Source: Limnochordia bacterium (lineage in GTDB: Bacteria > Bacillota > Limnochordia > DTU080). From it: a stretch of DNA of 64,000 bases. The stretch spans positions 96,001 to 160,000 of the forward strand of contig JBMNJG010000007.1 of the NCBI GenBank assembly GCA_050951545.1, in the 5' to 3' direction. How positions within the stretch are numbered: the stretch's first letter is position 1; every line of letters starts with the position of its first letter. The position numbers and the translations under genes were made by a program. Below are positions 18,147 to 28,313 of the stretch, piece by piece. Below the pieces are notes generated by a model. It was not told where the DNA came from. It saw nothing but the letters and a program-made list of their open reading frames with translations, and did not search any database.

Positions 18147-19071
18147 CGTCGGCATCGATCAGCTCCCATACGCGGGCGGTAAGTTCTTTCTGCTTCATGA
18201 TCTCGAATATCAGGCCCGCCCACTGCTCTGGTAAACGTAGGTCGAGCGTGCAATCACGGACGCAGCTGAGGTGCCCAATGGTAGCTTCCTGCGTGAGCGG
18301 CGTTACTACAAGTCGGGCATCAACCGCCGAAGTCTCCGCTAGGTCAGCCTCCTCCAAGACATCGCTAAGCCCCTGTACTAAGCGCAGGTAGGCAGGTAGC
18401 GACTCAGGCACTTTGGTAGGGTTCACTACCACACCCAGACTCAAGGCCAGGGGGATCGGTGCTGTGACCTCTTCTACCACGATACCCGCGAACTGCGCCT
18501 GTCCGGCATGCCACGCGAAGGACAGGCTGCACTGAACTGCTTGAGCCTGGGTTCCGTCCTGGGTTATCCACTCGCTAGGCACGCAGAAGAAAGTGTACTC
18601 CCTCACCATGGTATTGAGATCCACTTTGTCGTCTGTGTGAATTACAGACAGGCCTGCCCGTTCTAGATATTCGCTGAGGCGTTCGGTTACGGCAAAGAAA
18701 GTGGGCAAGCGCTCCACGCCTGTGACGGTTTCGATCATGGATTGCGGATGAATGGGTACGAGATCTGGTGTTTGGTCGCTACCGTCGCCTTCTCGCAAGG
18801 CGAGGGCGGGAAAGATAGCCTCGCAGTGAGCGCACTGCAGGGCTCGGGCCGATCCCATGGGGGGAGCGTCGGGGATGCGGGCAGTATTCGTATCACCGCA
18901 TATCGGGCAGCGCACTCGGCCCGCGGCCAGAGCTATCAGCGCCTCTGGATGTACCGGGTAGCCGCTAAAGACGAGGTACTGCTCGTGGCATTGTCCACAG
19001 AGCCATTGCTCGAAAGGCGGATCTTCGCCTACGCGCTCGCCACCTCGTGCCTGACAGAAAGGACAGCGCAT
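18127..19071 (-). CDS. Hypothetical protein with tandem N-terminal Zn-ribbon motifs
   Basis: CPFC/CGQC and CPIC/CAHC pairs; RBS AAGGAGG before ATG 19071. Confidence 0.7.
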   Translation of the reverse strand: MRCPFCQARGGERVGEDPPFEQWLCGQCHEQYLVFSGYPVHPEALIALAAGRVRCPICGDTNTARIPDAPPMGSARALQCAHCEAIFPALALREGDGSDQTPDLVPIHPQSMIETVTGVERLPTFFAVTERLSEYLERAGLSVIHTDDKVDLNTMVREYTFFCVPSEWITQDGTQAQAVQCSLSFAWHAGQAQFAGIVVEEVTAPIPLALSLGVVVNPTKVPESLPAYLRLVQGLSDVLEEADLAETSAVDARLVVTPLTQEATIGHLSCVRDCTLDLRLPEQWAGLIFEIMKQKELTARVWELIDADANKGQS

Positions 19072-19239
19072 GGATCGGCCTCCTTGGTGGTCTTCTAACG
19101 TAGTAGGCTTCGGCTGGGTCATGAGCCATTCCTGCAGCTGGCAACGGAAGTTGCCTATACAGAAGCAGGGAAATGCCTGGTGGAGCATAACATGGCCTTT
19201 GAGGTGAGATGCCCTAGCCCTCTATAGAGGCGGGGCAAC

Positions 19240-19803
19240 ATGAGAAAACTCTCAGGAGGGCGGTTTTTTCCTGTGGATAGGCAAGCGATTGAGCTCAACC
19301 GACTCGATATTCGACCGTTCACAGCCTTCGATCCAGACGGCCTACTATTAGTGGTAGGTCCGAGTGTTGACGAAGCCAATGTAATGACCATAGGCTGGGG
19401 CACTTTTGGCATCATGTGGGGCAAACCGGTGGCTATGGTTATGGTGCGTCCGACACGCTACACATGGGATTTCATTAGCAAAGCCACCGACTTCACGGTA
19501 AACTGGCTGAGCGATGATCAGCGGGAAGTGCTGCAGCTGTGTGGCAACGTATCTGGCAGAGATACCGATAAATTCGCTGCAGCGGGGCTGCGTCCGGTGA
19601 AAGCCTCTTCGGTGGTTTCACCTGTGCTCCAGGAGAGTATTCTTTCGCTGGAGTGTCGTATGCTTTACAAGGATGATCTGCATCCGGAGCGGTTCGTAGT
19701 TCCCTCTTTGCAGGGCCATTATGGCAGGCGCGATTACCACGGGCTGTTCTATGGTGAGGTGGTCGTGGCCACAGGTACCAGCGAGTTCGTGCGCGGCAAG
19801 TAG
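19240..19803 (+). CDS. Flavin reductase-like (flavoredoxin) protein
   Basis: NVMTIGWG, VRPTRYT, SGRDTDK, LECR, HGLFYGEV. Confidence 0.85.
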   Translation: MRKLSGGRFFPVDRQAIELNRLDIRPFTAFDPDGLLLVVGPSVDEANVMTIGWGTFGIMWGKPVAMVMVRPTRYTWDFISKATDFTVNWLSDDQREVLQLCGNVSGRDTDKFAAAGLRPVKASSVVSPVLQESILSLECRMLYKDDLHPERFVVPSLQGHYGRRDYHGLFYGEVVVATGTSEFVRGK

Positions 19804-19889
19804 GCGATGCTGCATGTGGGTGAGCGAACGACCTTGCGCGTTTTCTCGCCCTGGCATACGCACACGAACCGCGGGAAGGAGGGGTAGTC

Positions 19890-20393
19890 TTGGATACTTT
19901 GCAGGCGCTTCGAACTCGAAGAAGCGTGCGTCACTATCAAGATAAGCCGGTGCCCAAGGAACTCCTTGCTGAGATCGTGGATTGTGCGCGTCTGGCAGCC
20001 ACCGCCAGAAACACACAGCCATGGGAGTTCGTGGTTGTTACTGAAAAGGCCGACCTGCAGCGGCTGGCGGCCATGGTCGACTATGGCAGACATATCGCGC
20101 CCGCGGGCGCGTGTGTAGCTGTCTTCTGCCGTGACACGACGTACTATGTGGAAGACGGGTCTGCAGCTACACAAAACTTGCTAGTTGCTGCTCATGCATT
20201 GGGTCTGGGAACTTGCTGGATTGCAGGCGACAAGAAAGACTATGCGCAGCCCGTGACGAAATACCTCGACGTGCCAGATGGCTACAAGCTGGTAGCCTTG
20301 GTGTCCGTGGGCTATGCAGCTGAGACTCCGTCGAGATCCAAGCGGGCTTTGGATGATGTCCTTCATTGGGAGCGCTTTGGTCGTCACTCGTAG
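19890..20393 (+). CDS. Nitroreductase family protein
   Basis: RRSVRHY, NTQPWEF, AHALGLGTCW; TTG start after AGGGGG. Confidence 0.9.
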   Translation: MDTLQALRTRRSVRHYQDKPVPKELLAEIVDCARLAATARNTQPWEFVVVTEKADLQRLAAMVDYGRHIAPAGACVAVFCRDTTYYVEDGSAATQNLLVAAHALGLGTCWIAGDKKDYAQPVTKYLDVPDGYKLVALVSVGYAAETPSRSKRALDDVLHWERFGRHS

Positions 20394-20622
20394 CAGGGGC
20401 TGCCGAATCGAGTCAGCGCCCTAAGGCTTGATGGGGGGCGCTCGTGTCGATGACGCGATGCAGAAGGTCTACAGAGAAGACTTGAACAGCGGGAGAGGCG
20501 CCTGGCGAGGGCGCCTCTTGTCTTGTGCGGGTCACGGACGGAGTTTACGTATATCACTCGAGTACTGTATGTAGACTATTGAAGAAGGCCAGAGAGCTAA
20601 CAGGCCTGTTGGGGGTGAGGGT

Positions 20623-20841
20623 GTGCAAAGCAGCGATGCACATGAGACGGTTGTCGCTTTCCTTCCCATTCCAGCTACGGACGCACGGGGCCTAGGGTTG
20701 CTTTCTGACCTGCGGGGCTTGGTGGCCATGGCCCGGCGATGTCATCCCGAGCTTACCCACTGTAATGTGGTCGACGTGGGGATCAAGCACGAAGGCGATC
20801 GTCTTCGGGCCACGTTAAGGTTCGCCAGTCCCCGCCTATGA
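20623..20841 (+). CDS. Small hypothetical protein
   Basis: 72-aa ORF with RBS GGGGGTGAGG, fills the gap and converges on folD. Confidence 0.45.
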   Translation: MQSSDAHETVVAFLPIPATDARGLGLLSDLRGLVAMARRCHPELTHCNVVDVGIKHEGDRLRATLRFASPRL

Positions 20842-21690
20842 TCTACTCCCTTTCTTCTTCTCAGCAGCCTCTATGGTGTGTTTGAGAAGCGTGGCGATCG
20901 TCACCGGACCCACTCCGCCTGGCACGGGCGTAATAGCACTGCTCATTGGTAGACTGGCCTCAAAGTCGACATCGCCCACGTTGCCCTCGTTATAGCCAGC
21001 ATCTAGTACCACGACACCAGGCTTGAGCCATGAGCTTTGTACGAAACGTGGCTTTCCTACAGCTGCTACCAAGATATCGGCTTGCCGCACAAGGTCTGAC
21101 AACCCTTGGGTTCGAGAGTGGCAGATGGTGACAGTGGCGTTTCGATTCAGAAGCATGAGCGCAACGGGTTTGCCCAAGATGGGGCTGCGGCCGATTACCA
21201 CTGCATGCTTCCCTTCAATAGGTAGCTCGTAGTAGTCGATGATCGAAACGATAGCCTCAGGAGTGCATGAGCGGTAGCTGGGCAAGTCGAATGCCGCTCG
21301 TCCAAACCCTAGAGTGGTTACGCCATCGACATCCTTGCCTATGTCAATCGCGTCGAACGCGGCTCTCTCGTCGATATGTGCGGGCACTGGGTGCTGCAAG
21401 AGGATGCCATCAACGGCGTTGTCTGCATTCAGCTCTTGTATGGTCGTGATCAGAGTTTCGGTTGTCGTCTCCTCGGGCAGGTGAATGCTGCGGGAATCAA
21501 TGCCTAGGCGTCTGCAGGTGTTGCCTTTCATGCGTACATAAGTGACTGAGGCCGGATCGTCGCCTACCAGAATGGTGGCTAGGCATGGTACGATACCGCT
21601 GTTCCTAAGGGCTTGTGCTCGCTTGGCTATATCGGCGCGTATCTCTTCAGCAACTCGTTTGCCATCCAGAAGCTTGTCTTTTGGCTGCAT
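20836..21690 (-). CDS. folD: Methylene-THF dehydrogenase/cyclohydrolase
   Basis: SVTYVRMK, GILLQHP, KDVDG, GRSPILGKP, TPVPGGVGPVT. Confidence 0.96.
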   Translation of the reverse strand: MQPKDKLLDGKRVAEEIRADIAKRAQALRNSGIVPCLATILVGDDPASVTYVRMKGNTCRRLGIDSRSIHLPEETTTETLITTIQELNADNAVDGILLQHPVPAHIDERAAFDAIDIGKDVDGVTTLGFGRAAFDLPSYRSCTPEAIVSIIDYYELPIEGKHAVVIGRSPILGKPVALMLLNRNATVTICHSRTQGLSDLVRQADILVAAVGKPRFVQSSWLKPGVVVLDAGYNEGNVGDVDFEASLPMSSAITPVPGGVGPVTIATLLKHTIEAAEKKKGSRS

Positions 21691-21918
21691 GGTTTTTCGC
21701 CTCCCTTGAGAATCGTGTTACGCTGTGCGGGTGTGTCTGGGACTTCCGACTTACTGCGTTTGGATTACGTTACCATGATACCACATCAGGGGCCTAGCCC
21801 GTGATAGCCTCGCGATCAGCGCTTGACTGCATGGTGGGGCTGCTGTAATTTGGGGTCAGAGTCATGTGAAAAATATGGGCTACGCGCTGACTCGTCTAGC
21901 TTTAGGGGGGGACTGGCT

Positions 21919-23121
21919 GTGACAGGCAGACAGCTTAGGGAGCCAGAGCGATGCATCCCTGTAGTCGGTGAGTACGACGTCGTCGTGGCGGGAGGAGGCA
22001 TTGCAGGTGTGGCGGCAGCAATAGCTGCGGCCAGAGAGGGTGCTACCACCTGCCTCGTGGAAAAAGAGAACGCTGTGGGCGGGCTAGCTACACTGGGTCT
22101 GGTGGAGGTCTACCTTCCCTTGTGTGACGGGCGGGGCAGGCAGGTGATCGGTGGCCTAGCCGAGGATCTCTTGCTCAATTCGGTCAAGTATGGTCCCGGA
22201 CAAGTGCCTGAGTGTTGGGCCAATGAGAATGGTGATATCCAAGAACGCAGCAAGCAACGCTATCGGCTGATCTTCAACCCCGCCTCTTTCGTCATCTCGC
22301 TCGAGGAGCAGCTCCTGCAGGCCGGAGTCCAGGTGATGTATGACACGCGGGTCTGCAATGTCTTGATCAAAGAGGGGTACATAGAGGCGCTTATTGTCGA
22401 GAACAAGAGCGGGCGCTTGGCACTGCGCGCAACGAACGTGGTGGATGCTTCTGGAGATGCGGATGTCTGTTCCTTGGCTGGCGAGAGCACCGTCTCACTG
22501 GACACGAACCGCAGAGCAGGGTGGTTCATTGCGAATGTGGGGGGACGTACCGAGTCGCAGCATCTAAGCGATCCGTTGTACAAAGACCCACCACCCGGGG
22601 CGAAGACCTACTCGGGAGATTGCTGGGAAGATGTTACGGAGATGAGCATTGTCGGCCGTAGGATGATCTTGAAGCGCATCGATCATCTTCGACAGCAAGA
22701 GGGCTATGACAAGGTCTATCCGTTGGTGATACCAACCATTCCTCTGTTCAGGATGACCCGGCGTCTCGAAGGAGCCTTTGAGCTTGACGAAGCTGACGAT
22801 AAGCGCTTCTTTCCCGATGCTATTGGCATGACCGGTGACTGGCGCAAACCAGGGCCGATCTTCTACATCCCCTATCGCTGCCTGCTGGCGGTGCAGACCA
22901 AGAACCTGATTGCTGCGGGTCGTTGTATCTCGGTGACCACCTCAGCGTGGGATATTACCCGAGCTATCCCGACTTGTGCAGTGACGGGCGAGGCGGCCGG
23001 AATGGCAGCGGCCATGAGTGCTCGAACCAGACAGGAGCTTTCGCGGTTAGATCCAAATGATCTGCAGAGTCAGCTGAAAGAACATGGAGTGATCATCGAC
23101 AAACCAGACGGGCGAATCTGA
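21919..23121 (+). CDS. FAD-dependent oxidoreductase (FAD_oxidored family)
   Basis: DVVVAGGGIAG, GGLATLG, VDASGDAD, IPYRCL, AAGRCIS, GEAAG. Confidence 0.85.
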   Translation: MTGRQLREPERCIPVVGEYDVVVAGGGIAGVAAAIAAAREGATTCLVEKENAVGGLATLGLVEVYLPLCDGRGRQVIGGLAEDLLLNSVKYGPGQVPECWANENGDIQERSKQRYRLIFNPASFVISLEEQLLQAGVQVMYDTRVCNVLIKEGYIEALIVENKSGRLALRATNVVDASGDADVCSLAGESTVSLDTNRRAGWFIANVGGRTESQHLSDPLYKDPPPGAKTYSGDCWEDVTEMSIVGRRMILKRIDHLRQQEGYDKVYPLVIPTIPLFRMTRRLEGAFELDEADDKRFFPDAIGMTGDWRKPGPIFYIPYRCLLAVQTKNLIAAGRCISVTTSAWDITRAIPTCAVTGEAAGMAAAMSARTRQELSRLDPNDLQSQLKEHGVIIDKPDGRI

Positions 23122-23126
23122 TCTCA

Positions 23127-25367
23127 ATGAGTAGCCCGGATCCATCGCTTATCCTCAATATGGTGATGTCGGGTGGTCTCTTGGCGTTGGGCTTGTACCA
23201 CTTAGGGCTCTCTACGCTGCGCCAGAGAGGCTTGTTTCCGCTGCATCTTTCGGCGTTTTGCTTGATAGCGTCAGTACGCACGCTCTGCACAGAGCCCACT
23301 CTCATCACGGACCTGTTGCCTGGTCTGAGCGAAGAGATGCTGGTCAGACAATACTATGTGGCGACGTTCATGCTTTTGCCCGTGCTCGTGCTAGTCTTGC
23401 GTTCTCTGTACAGCAGGCATCTCTCAGACTGGTTGCGCTATGGAAGCCTGGTGCTAGGTATCATCTTCAGCACAGGTGCGATGCTCGTACCCTCAGAAAC
23501 CCTGACAGATCTGGGGTGGCTTTTCCAGGTTGTTCTCGTAGCGTCTTGCGTCCATCTGCTGATCACCCTACAGGCAGCAGCGCGCTGGTCACAGGAGGGG
23601 ACACGCCCCCTGCAGATCATGCTGTGTGTGGCGTTGCTTGCCTCTTTCAAGGATGCGTTGGGGCACGTGTTTCTGGCGATAGATCTGTCTTCCATAGCGC
23701 TCGTTATGCTGGCTTTCACTCTGTCTTATGTGCTTTTTGACAGGGTCGCTGCCAGCCTTGAACGCATGGAGGGTCTCTCGGAGAAGCTGACGGAGCTGGA
23801 CAAGGAGAGGGACCACCTTCTGTCTGACGCAGCCGGCGAGCTTCGCGTTCCACTTAGCGACATTATCGCCATCGCCGACTCGATGCTCTCCGGAGTCAAC
23901 GGCCCGCTTACCGAGAGGCAGGAGACTGACCTTGATGCCGTGGTATCTAGCGGGCACCGACTCACAGGCCTTGTGGACGATCTGGTGGACTTGACGCAGT
24001 TGGAGAACGAGGCTGTCATGCTTCAGGTAAGGGAAGTGGATGTGGGCCAGATGATCAAGATGGTCCTCACGCTGAACGAGCCCGTAGCCCGCCAGAAGAA
24101 CGTTCAATTGGTGGATGAACTACCGCCGCAGCTTCCTCTTACTTTGGCAGATGAGGATCGCTTGCAGGAAGTGATCGCCATTCTAACTGAGAACGCTATC
24201 GAGTCTAGCGAAGACGGGCAGGTGCGCGTGGGCGCAGGGGTGTTGGGTGAGACGCTGAGGATCGGCATCACCTACGCCTCTTCGCTTGAGGGTGCCCAGC
24301 CGCAAGCCTTGGAGTCTCACGTAGCCCAGCGCTTGCTGAGGCTACACGGTAGCGAGCTGCTGAGCCAGAGGCTGCATACAGGGGAGTTGCAGGTCACCTT
24401 CGCCCTTCCCATCAGCAGTTCGTTTTCCGTCTTCCCTACACCAGTGGAGTCGGCTCTTTCGTCTACCTCCACCGCAACCCGAATTCTTGTGGCGGAAGAC
24501 GAGCCAGTCAGCTTGCAGGCCTTGGCCAACTATCTCCTTCTAGATGGTCATTCCGTGGTGACAGCGCGCGATGGCGAAGAGGCGTTGAGGTTGCTCAACG
24601 AGATGGAGTCTTTCGATCTGGCTCTCTTGGACGTGATGATGCCCAAACTATCCGGCTTTGATCTCTGTCAGCGGATACGAGCGGATAAGCGCTGGGCGAG
24701 TCTGCCTATCGTCATGATCATCTCTCGCAATAGGCCGCAGGACATCTCAGCCTCGTTAGCAGTCGGGGCTAACGATTACCTCGCGGCCCCTTTCACCAGG
24801 GGTGAGTTGATCACCCGTGTCAACACTCTGCTCAATCTGCAGAAGACAGCACGCGAAGCGATGTCCAGCGGGTACCTGGCCAGCCATGATCCGTTGACTG
24901 GTGTAGCGAATCGCCGCTCGTTTGAAGGGGAGTTGGAGAAAGAGCTGCTGCGGGCCTCCGAATCTGGTGCTACGGGGGCCCTGTTCTTCATCGACATGGA
25001 CAGCTTGAAGCATGTCAATGACACCTTGGGGCATAGGGCGGGGGACCGGGCGATCGGAAACCTAGTGCAGGCGATGCATAGGAGCTTTCGTACCACCGAC
25101 ACGATGGCGCGCATCGGAGGCGACGAGTTCGCTGTGCTGTTACCTGACGTCCGCGAAACGGACGCGGAAAGGGCGGCGCAGCGTCTCTTGTCAGCCGTAC
25201 AAGAGAGCCCTCTGCAAGAAGAGGGCCGTTCCGTGTACCTGTATGTCAGCATTGGCATCGCTCTCTACCCTGAGCAAGGCACGACAGCTGATGAGCTGCT
25301 AGCTGTCGCTGACCGGGCCATGTACAGGGCCAAAGCAGAGGGAGGCGGCCGCTACCACCTCAGGTAA
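23127..25367 (+). CDS. Membrane diguanylate cyclase: 7TM-DISM-like + degenerate HisKA/HATPase + receiver + GGDEF
   Basis: GLYHL-type TM region; ELRVPL...LVDDLVDL HisKA-like; REC (AEDE, LLDVMMP); DPLTG, DMDSLKHVND, ARIGGDEF. Confidence 0.85.
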   Translation: MSSPDPSLILNMVMSGGLLALGLYHLGLSTLRQRGLFPLHLSAFCLIASVRTLCTEPTLITDLLPGLSEEMLVRQYYVATFMLLPVLVLVLRSLYSRHLSDWLRYGSLVLGIIFSTGAMLVPSETLTDLGWLFQVVLVASCVHLLITLQAAARWSQEGTRPLQIMLCVALLASFKDALGHVFLAIDLSSIALVMLAFTLSYVLFDRVAASLERMEGLSEKLTELDKERDHLLSDAAGELRVPLSDIIAIADSMLSGVNGPLTERQETDLDAVVSSGHRLTGLVDDLVDLTQLENEAVMLQVREVDVGQMIKMVLTLNEPVARQKNVQLVDELPPQLPLTLADEDRLQEVIAILTENAIESSEDGQVRVGAGVLGETLRIGITYASSLEGAQPQALESHVAQRLLRLHGSELLSQRLHTGELQVTFALPISSSFSVFPTPVESALSSTSTATRILVAEDEPVSLQALANYLLLDGHSVVTARDGEEALRLLNEMESFDLALLDVMMPKLSGFDLCQRIRADKRWASLPIVMIISRNRPQDISASLAVGANDYLAAPFTRGELITRVNTLLNLQKTAREAMSSGYLASHDPLTGVANRRSFEGELEKELLRASESGATGALFFIDMDSLKHVNDTLGHRAGDRAIGNLVQAMHRSFRTTDTMARIGGDEFAVLLPDVRETDAERAAQRLLSAVQESPLQEEGRSVYLYVSIGIALYPEQGTTADELLAVADRAMYRAKAEGGGRYHLR

Positions 25368-25391
25368 TCGCCGCCTCCTGTCACGGAACTG

Positions 25392-28085
25392 CTACTGGGC
25401 TTTCCGGAACCGCTGGCGTATGGCCTTGATGACCTCGCCAATCACCAGTGGGGACAGCGAAAGCATAAGCACCAGATCCCATTCGTTGTTCGTCAACGGT
25501 ACGGTGTTGAAAATGGGTTGCAGCGGAGGCAGCAAGACCACAGCCAACTGGAGCGTCACGGACAAAGCCAAGGCACCGACTAAGGGACGGTTGGAGAAAA
25601 GGCCTAGTTTGAACACCGACTTTGTGCGGCTACGGGCATTGAGGGCATGCGCCATCTGAGAGAGGCTTAGCGTAAGGAAAGCAAGAGTTCGAGCTTCTTC
25701 GATTGGGGCCCCTCGCTGTAACGTATACCAGAAGGCAAACATGGTGAGGCCACCCAAAAGCACTCCCTGCCAGAGGATGGTCCATCCCAGGCCATTCGCT
25801 AGCACTCCCTCATTATCGCGGCGGGGCCGTTGGTTCATGACGTCTTTCTCACCAGGCTCAACGCCCAAGGCAAGGGCGGGGGCACCGTCGGTGACAAGGT
25901 TCATCCACAGTATCTGAATGGCGGTGAGTGGCCTGCCCCAGCCGAAGACAATGGCGAAGAAAATCGCCGCGATTTCACCAGCGTTGCAGGAGAGCAGATA
26001 GTGGATGACTTTCTGGATGTTGGCGAACACCGTGCGTCCTGTGGCCATCGCCGCGATGATCGTAGCGAAGTTGTCGTCGGTAAGTACCATGTCTGCAGCT
26101 TCCTTAGCTACATCCGTGCCCGTGATACCCATGGCTACGCCGATGTCGGCGCGCTTGAGGGCAGGAGCGTCGTTGACACCGTCCCCGGTCATGGCTACCA
26201 CGTGACCATGCCGTTTATACGCATTAACGATGCGTAGCTTATGCTCGGGTGAGACCCGGGCATACACTGTGACTCGCTCAGCGACATTCTGGAGCTGGTC
26301 GTCGCTCATGGCTTCAAGTTCGCTTCCTGTGAGAACTTGATCTTGTGGATGCCATATGCCCACTTCCCGGGCGATGGCTACTGCCGTATCCTTGTGGTCG
26401 CCTGTGATCATTACTGGTCGGGCGCCTGCGGTGAAGCACTGGCGGACGGCTTCTTTCACCTCTTCTCGAGGCGGGTCCTGCATAGCCACCAGACCAATGA
26501 AGGTCAGATTGCGCTCTACACTGAGCGAGTCCATCTGCTCGGGTAGGCTTGACCAGGCGCGAAAAGCGACGGCAAGCACCCGCAGACCTTCCTGGGCAAA
26601 TGAGGCATTGACATCCAGCAGTTGCTGGCGTGTCTCGTCGCTGAGGGCGGTCACCTTGCCATTGTGGAGTATGGCATCGCAGCGGCCAATCAGCACATCT
26701 GGGGCACCCTTAGTAAAGGTCACGTACCCATCAGACATGGGTAGGAGACCATCGTCTTGCCAGTGGTGAAGGGTGGTCATCATTTTGCGCCTGGAGTCAA
26801 ACGGCACCTCATCGAGGCGAGGAGAGGCCGTTGTCAGACGGTCCAGATCAAGGTCCATGCGCATAGCTGCGATAAGCAAGGCACCTTCTGTAGGATCTCC
26901 GATGATCCGGGTCTGTTCACTATCAGTCGTCTCAAGGTGGGCATCGTTGGCCAAGGAGGCGCCCGCCAGAAGGGCTGCGGTACCGGAGGGGGCGTTTGGA
27001 AAGTGATCGTCAGACAGCCGAAGGTGTTGGTTATCCACATAGCCAGCGACGACGGTCATCTCGTTCCTGGTCAGTGTGCCAGTCTTGTCCGAGCAGATGA
27101 CAGTGGCCGCACCCAGCGTTTCTACCGCCGGGAGTCGACGGATGATCGCTCGCTGACGGCTCATCTGCTGCATGCCTAGGGCGAGGACGATGGTGACAAT
27201 GGCTGCTAGTCCTTCAGGTACGGCGGCGACTGCGAGACTGATAGAGGTCATCAGCATCTCGAGTGCGCTTTCGCCACGAAGGATCCCAGCAGCGAAGACG
27301 ACAATCACCAGGGCGATGGCCACCAGACCGAGCGTCTTCCCGAGCTGGTCTAGGCGCTTCTGCAGAGGCGTGGTCTCTTGCGGGGCCTCCTGGATGAGTT
27401 GGGCCACCCGACCGATCTCCGTCTGCATGCCAGAGCGTATCACGATCCCGTGTCCGCGGCCATAGGTGACCACTGTACTCATAAAGGCGAGGTTGCGTTG
27501 TTCACCTAGCGGAATGCTTGCTGGGGGGTTACCGTTTAGCGCGGAGGGCAAAGCGGCCTGAGTGCTTTTCTCGACTGGCACCGATTCACCCGTGAGGGCC
27601 GACTCATCGATTCTGAGAGCCGCCGTTTCGGTAAGGCGCAAGTCTGCAGGAATGAAATCGCCAGCCTCCAAGACGACCACATCGCCGGGAACCAGTTCGC
27701 TGCTGGGAATGCGGGTCGTCGCGCCGTCTCGCAAGACCTTGGCCAGAGGCTGACTTAGTTCCTTGAGTGCACGCATGGCGCTCTCCGCTCGATGCTCATG
27801 GAGTACACCCAAGGCGGCATTGAGCAAAACGATCAGCAGGATGACTACTGCATCCTTCCATTCGCCTAGCGCACCCGAGATGGTTGCCGCGGCAATAAGC
27901 ATCAGCACAAGCGTTTCTTGCAGTTGTGATACGAACATCGACCAGATGCTATGAGGCGGAGCTTCGGTGAGTTCGTTCGGGCCATAGACCTCGAAACGTT
28001 TAGCAGCCTCCTGTGACGATAGACCGCTGTCGTGATCCGTTTTCAAGACAGTGGCTGTGTCGCTTACACTCATGCTGTGCCACAT
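25392..28085 (-). CDS. P-type ATPase, P2A (Ca2+/Mn2+ type)
   Basis: TGES, PEGL, DKTGTLT, KGAP, GDGVND, LWMNLVTD. Confidence 0.95.
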   Translation of the reverse strand: MWHSMSVSDTATVLKTDHDSGLSSQEAAKRFEVYGPNELTEAPPHSIWSMFVSQLQETLVLMLIAAATISGALGEWKDAVVILLIVLLNAALGVLHEHRAESAMRALKELSQPLAKVLRDGATTRIPSSELVPGDVVVLEAGDFIPADLRLTETAALRIDESALTGESVPVEKSTQAALPSALNGNPPASIPLGEQRNLAFMSTVVTYGRGHGIVIRSGMQTEIGRVAQLIQEAPQETTPLQKRLDQLGKTLGLVAIALVIVVFAAGILRGESALEMLMTSISLAVAAVPEGLAAIVTIVLALGMQQMSRQRAIIRRLPAVETLGAATVICSDKTGTLTRNEMTVVAGYVDNQHLRLSDDHFPNAPSGTAALLAGASLANDAHLETTDSEQTRIIGDPTEGALLIAAMRMDLDLDRLTTASPRLDEVPFDSRRKMMTTLHHWQDDGLLPMSDGYVTFTKGAPDVLIGRCDAILHNGKVTALSDETRQQLLDVNASFAQEGLRVLAVAFRAWSSLPEQMDSLSVERNLTFIGLVAMQDPPREEVKEAVRQCFTAGARPVMITGDHKDTAVAIAREVGIWHPQDQVLTGSELEAMSDDQLQNVAERVTVYARVSPEHKLRIVNAYKRHGHVVAMTGDGVNDAPALKRADIGVAMGITGTDVAKEAADMVLTDDNFATIIAAMATGRTVFANIQKVIHYLLSCNAGEIAAIFFAIVFGWGRPLTAIQILWMNLVTDGAPALALGVEPGEKDVMNQRPRRDNEGVLANGLGWTILWQGVLLGGLTMFAFWYTLQRGAPIEEARTLAFLTLSLSQMAHALNARSRTKSVFKLGLFSNRPLVGALALSVTLQLAVVLLPPLQPIFNTVPLTNNEWDLVLMLSLSPLVIGEVIKAIRQRFRKAQ

Positions 28086-28173
28086 CTGCTGTTCGACCCT
28101 TCGTCTCCGATGATTCCATCCTGCACCCCCGAGAGATATGTTGCCCTGTTATGCAGATAAGGGTGGCGTGCAT

Positions 28174-28213
28174 AAAAAAAGACCCTTGCAGAACAGAGCG
28201 TTCTGCAAAGGTC
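28174..28213 (-). terminator. Riboswitch expression-platform terminator
   Basis: Minus strand GACCTTTGCAGAAC-N5-GTTCTGCAAGGGTC-T7; 5' arm overlaps the 3' strand of the aptamer P1. Confidence 0.85.
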
Positions 28214-28307
28214 TTGCTTACGAGGTGTACCTCGACCCTCGAGCGGGGCAGGCGTAAACCTGACCGTGCTGACGCCCGTGGGATGTGGGAAAGCTACTCC
28301 CCTTTGC
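28205..28307 (-). ncRNA. yybP-ykoY (Mn2+) riboswitch
   Basis: Minus strand GCAAAGGGGAGTAGC...CGTCAGCACG...GCAAGACCTTTGC, the family's conserved ends; upstream of a P2A ATPase. Confidence 0.88.
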
Positions 28308-28313
28308 GGTCTC

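Noticed and set aside
21691-21820. THF/ZTP riboswitch or PurBox pair upstream of folD
   Set aside because: Leader lacks the conserved aptamer sequences; the TCCAAAC/GTCGGA elements are mismatched and too close for a PurBox pair
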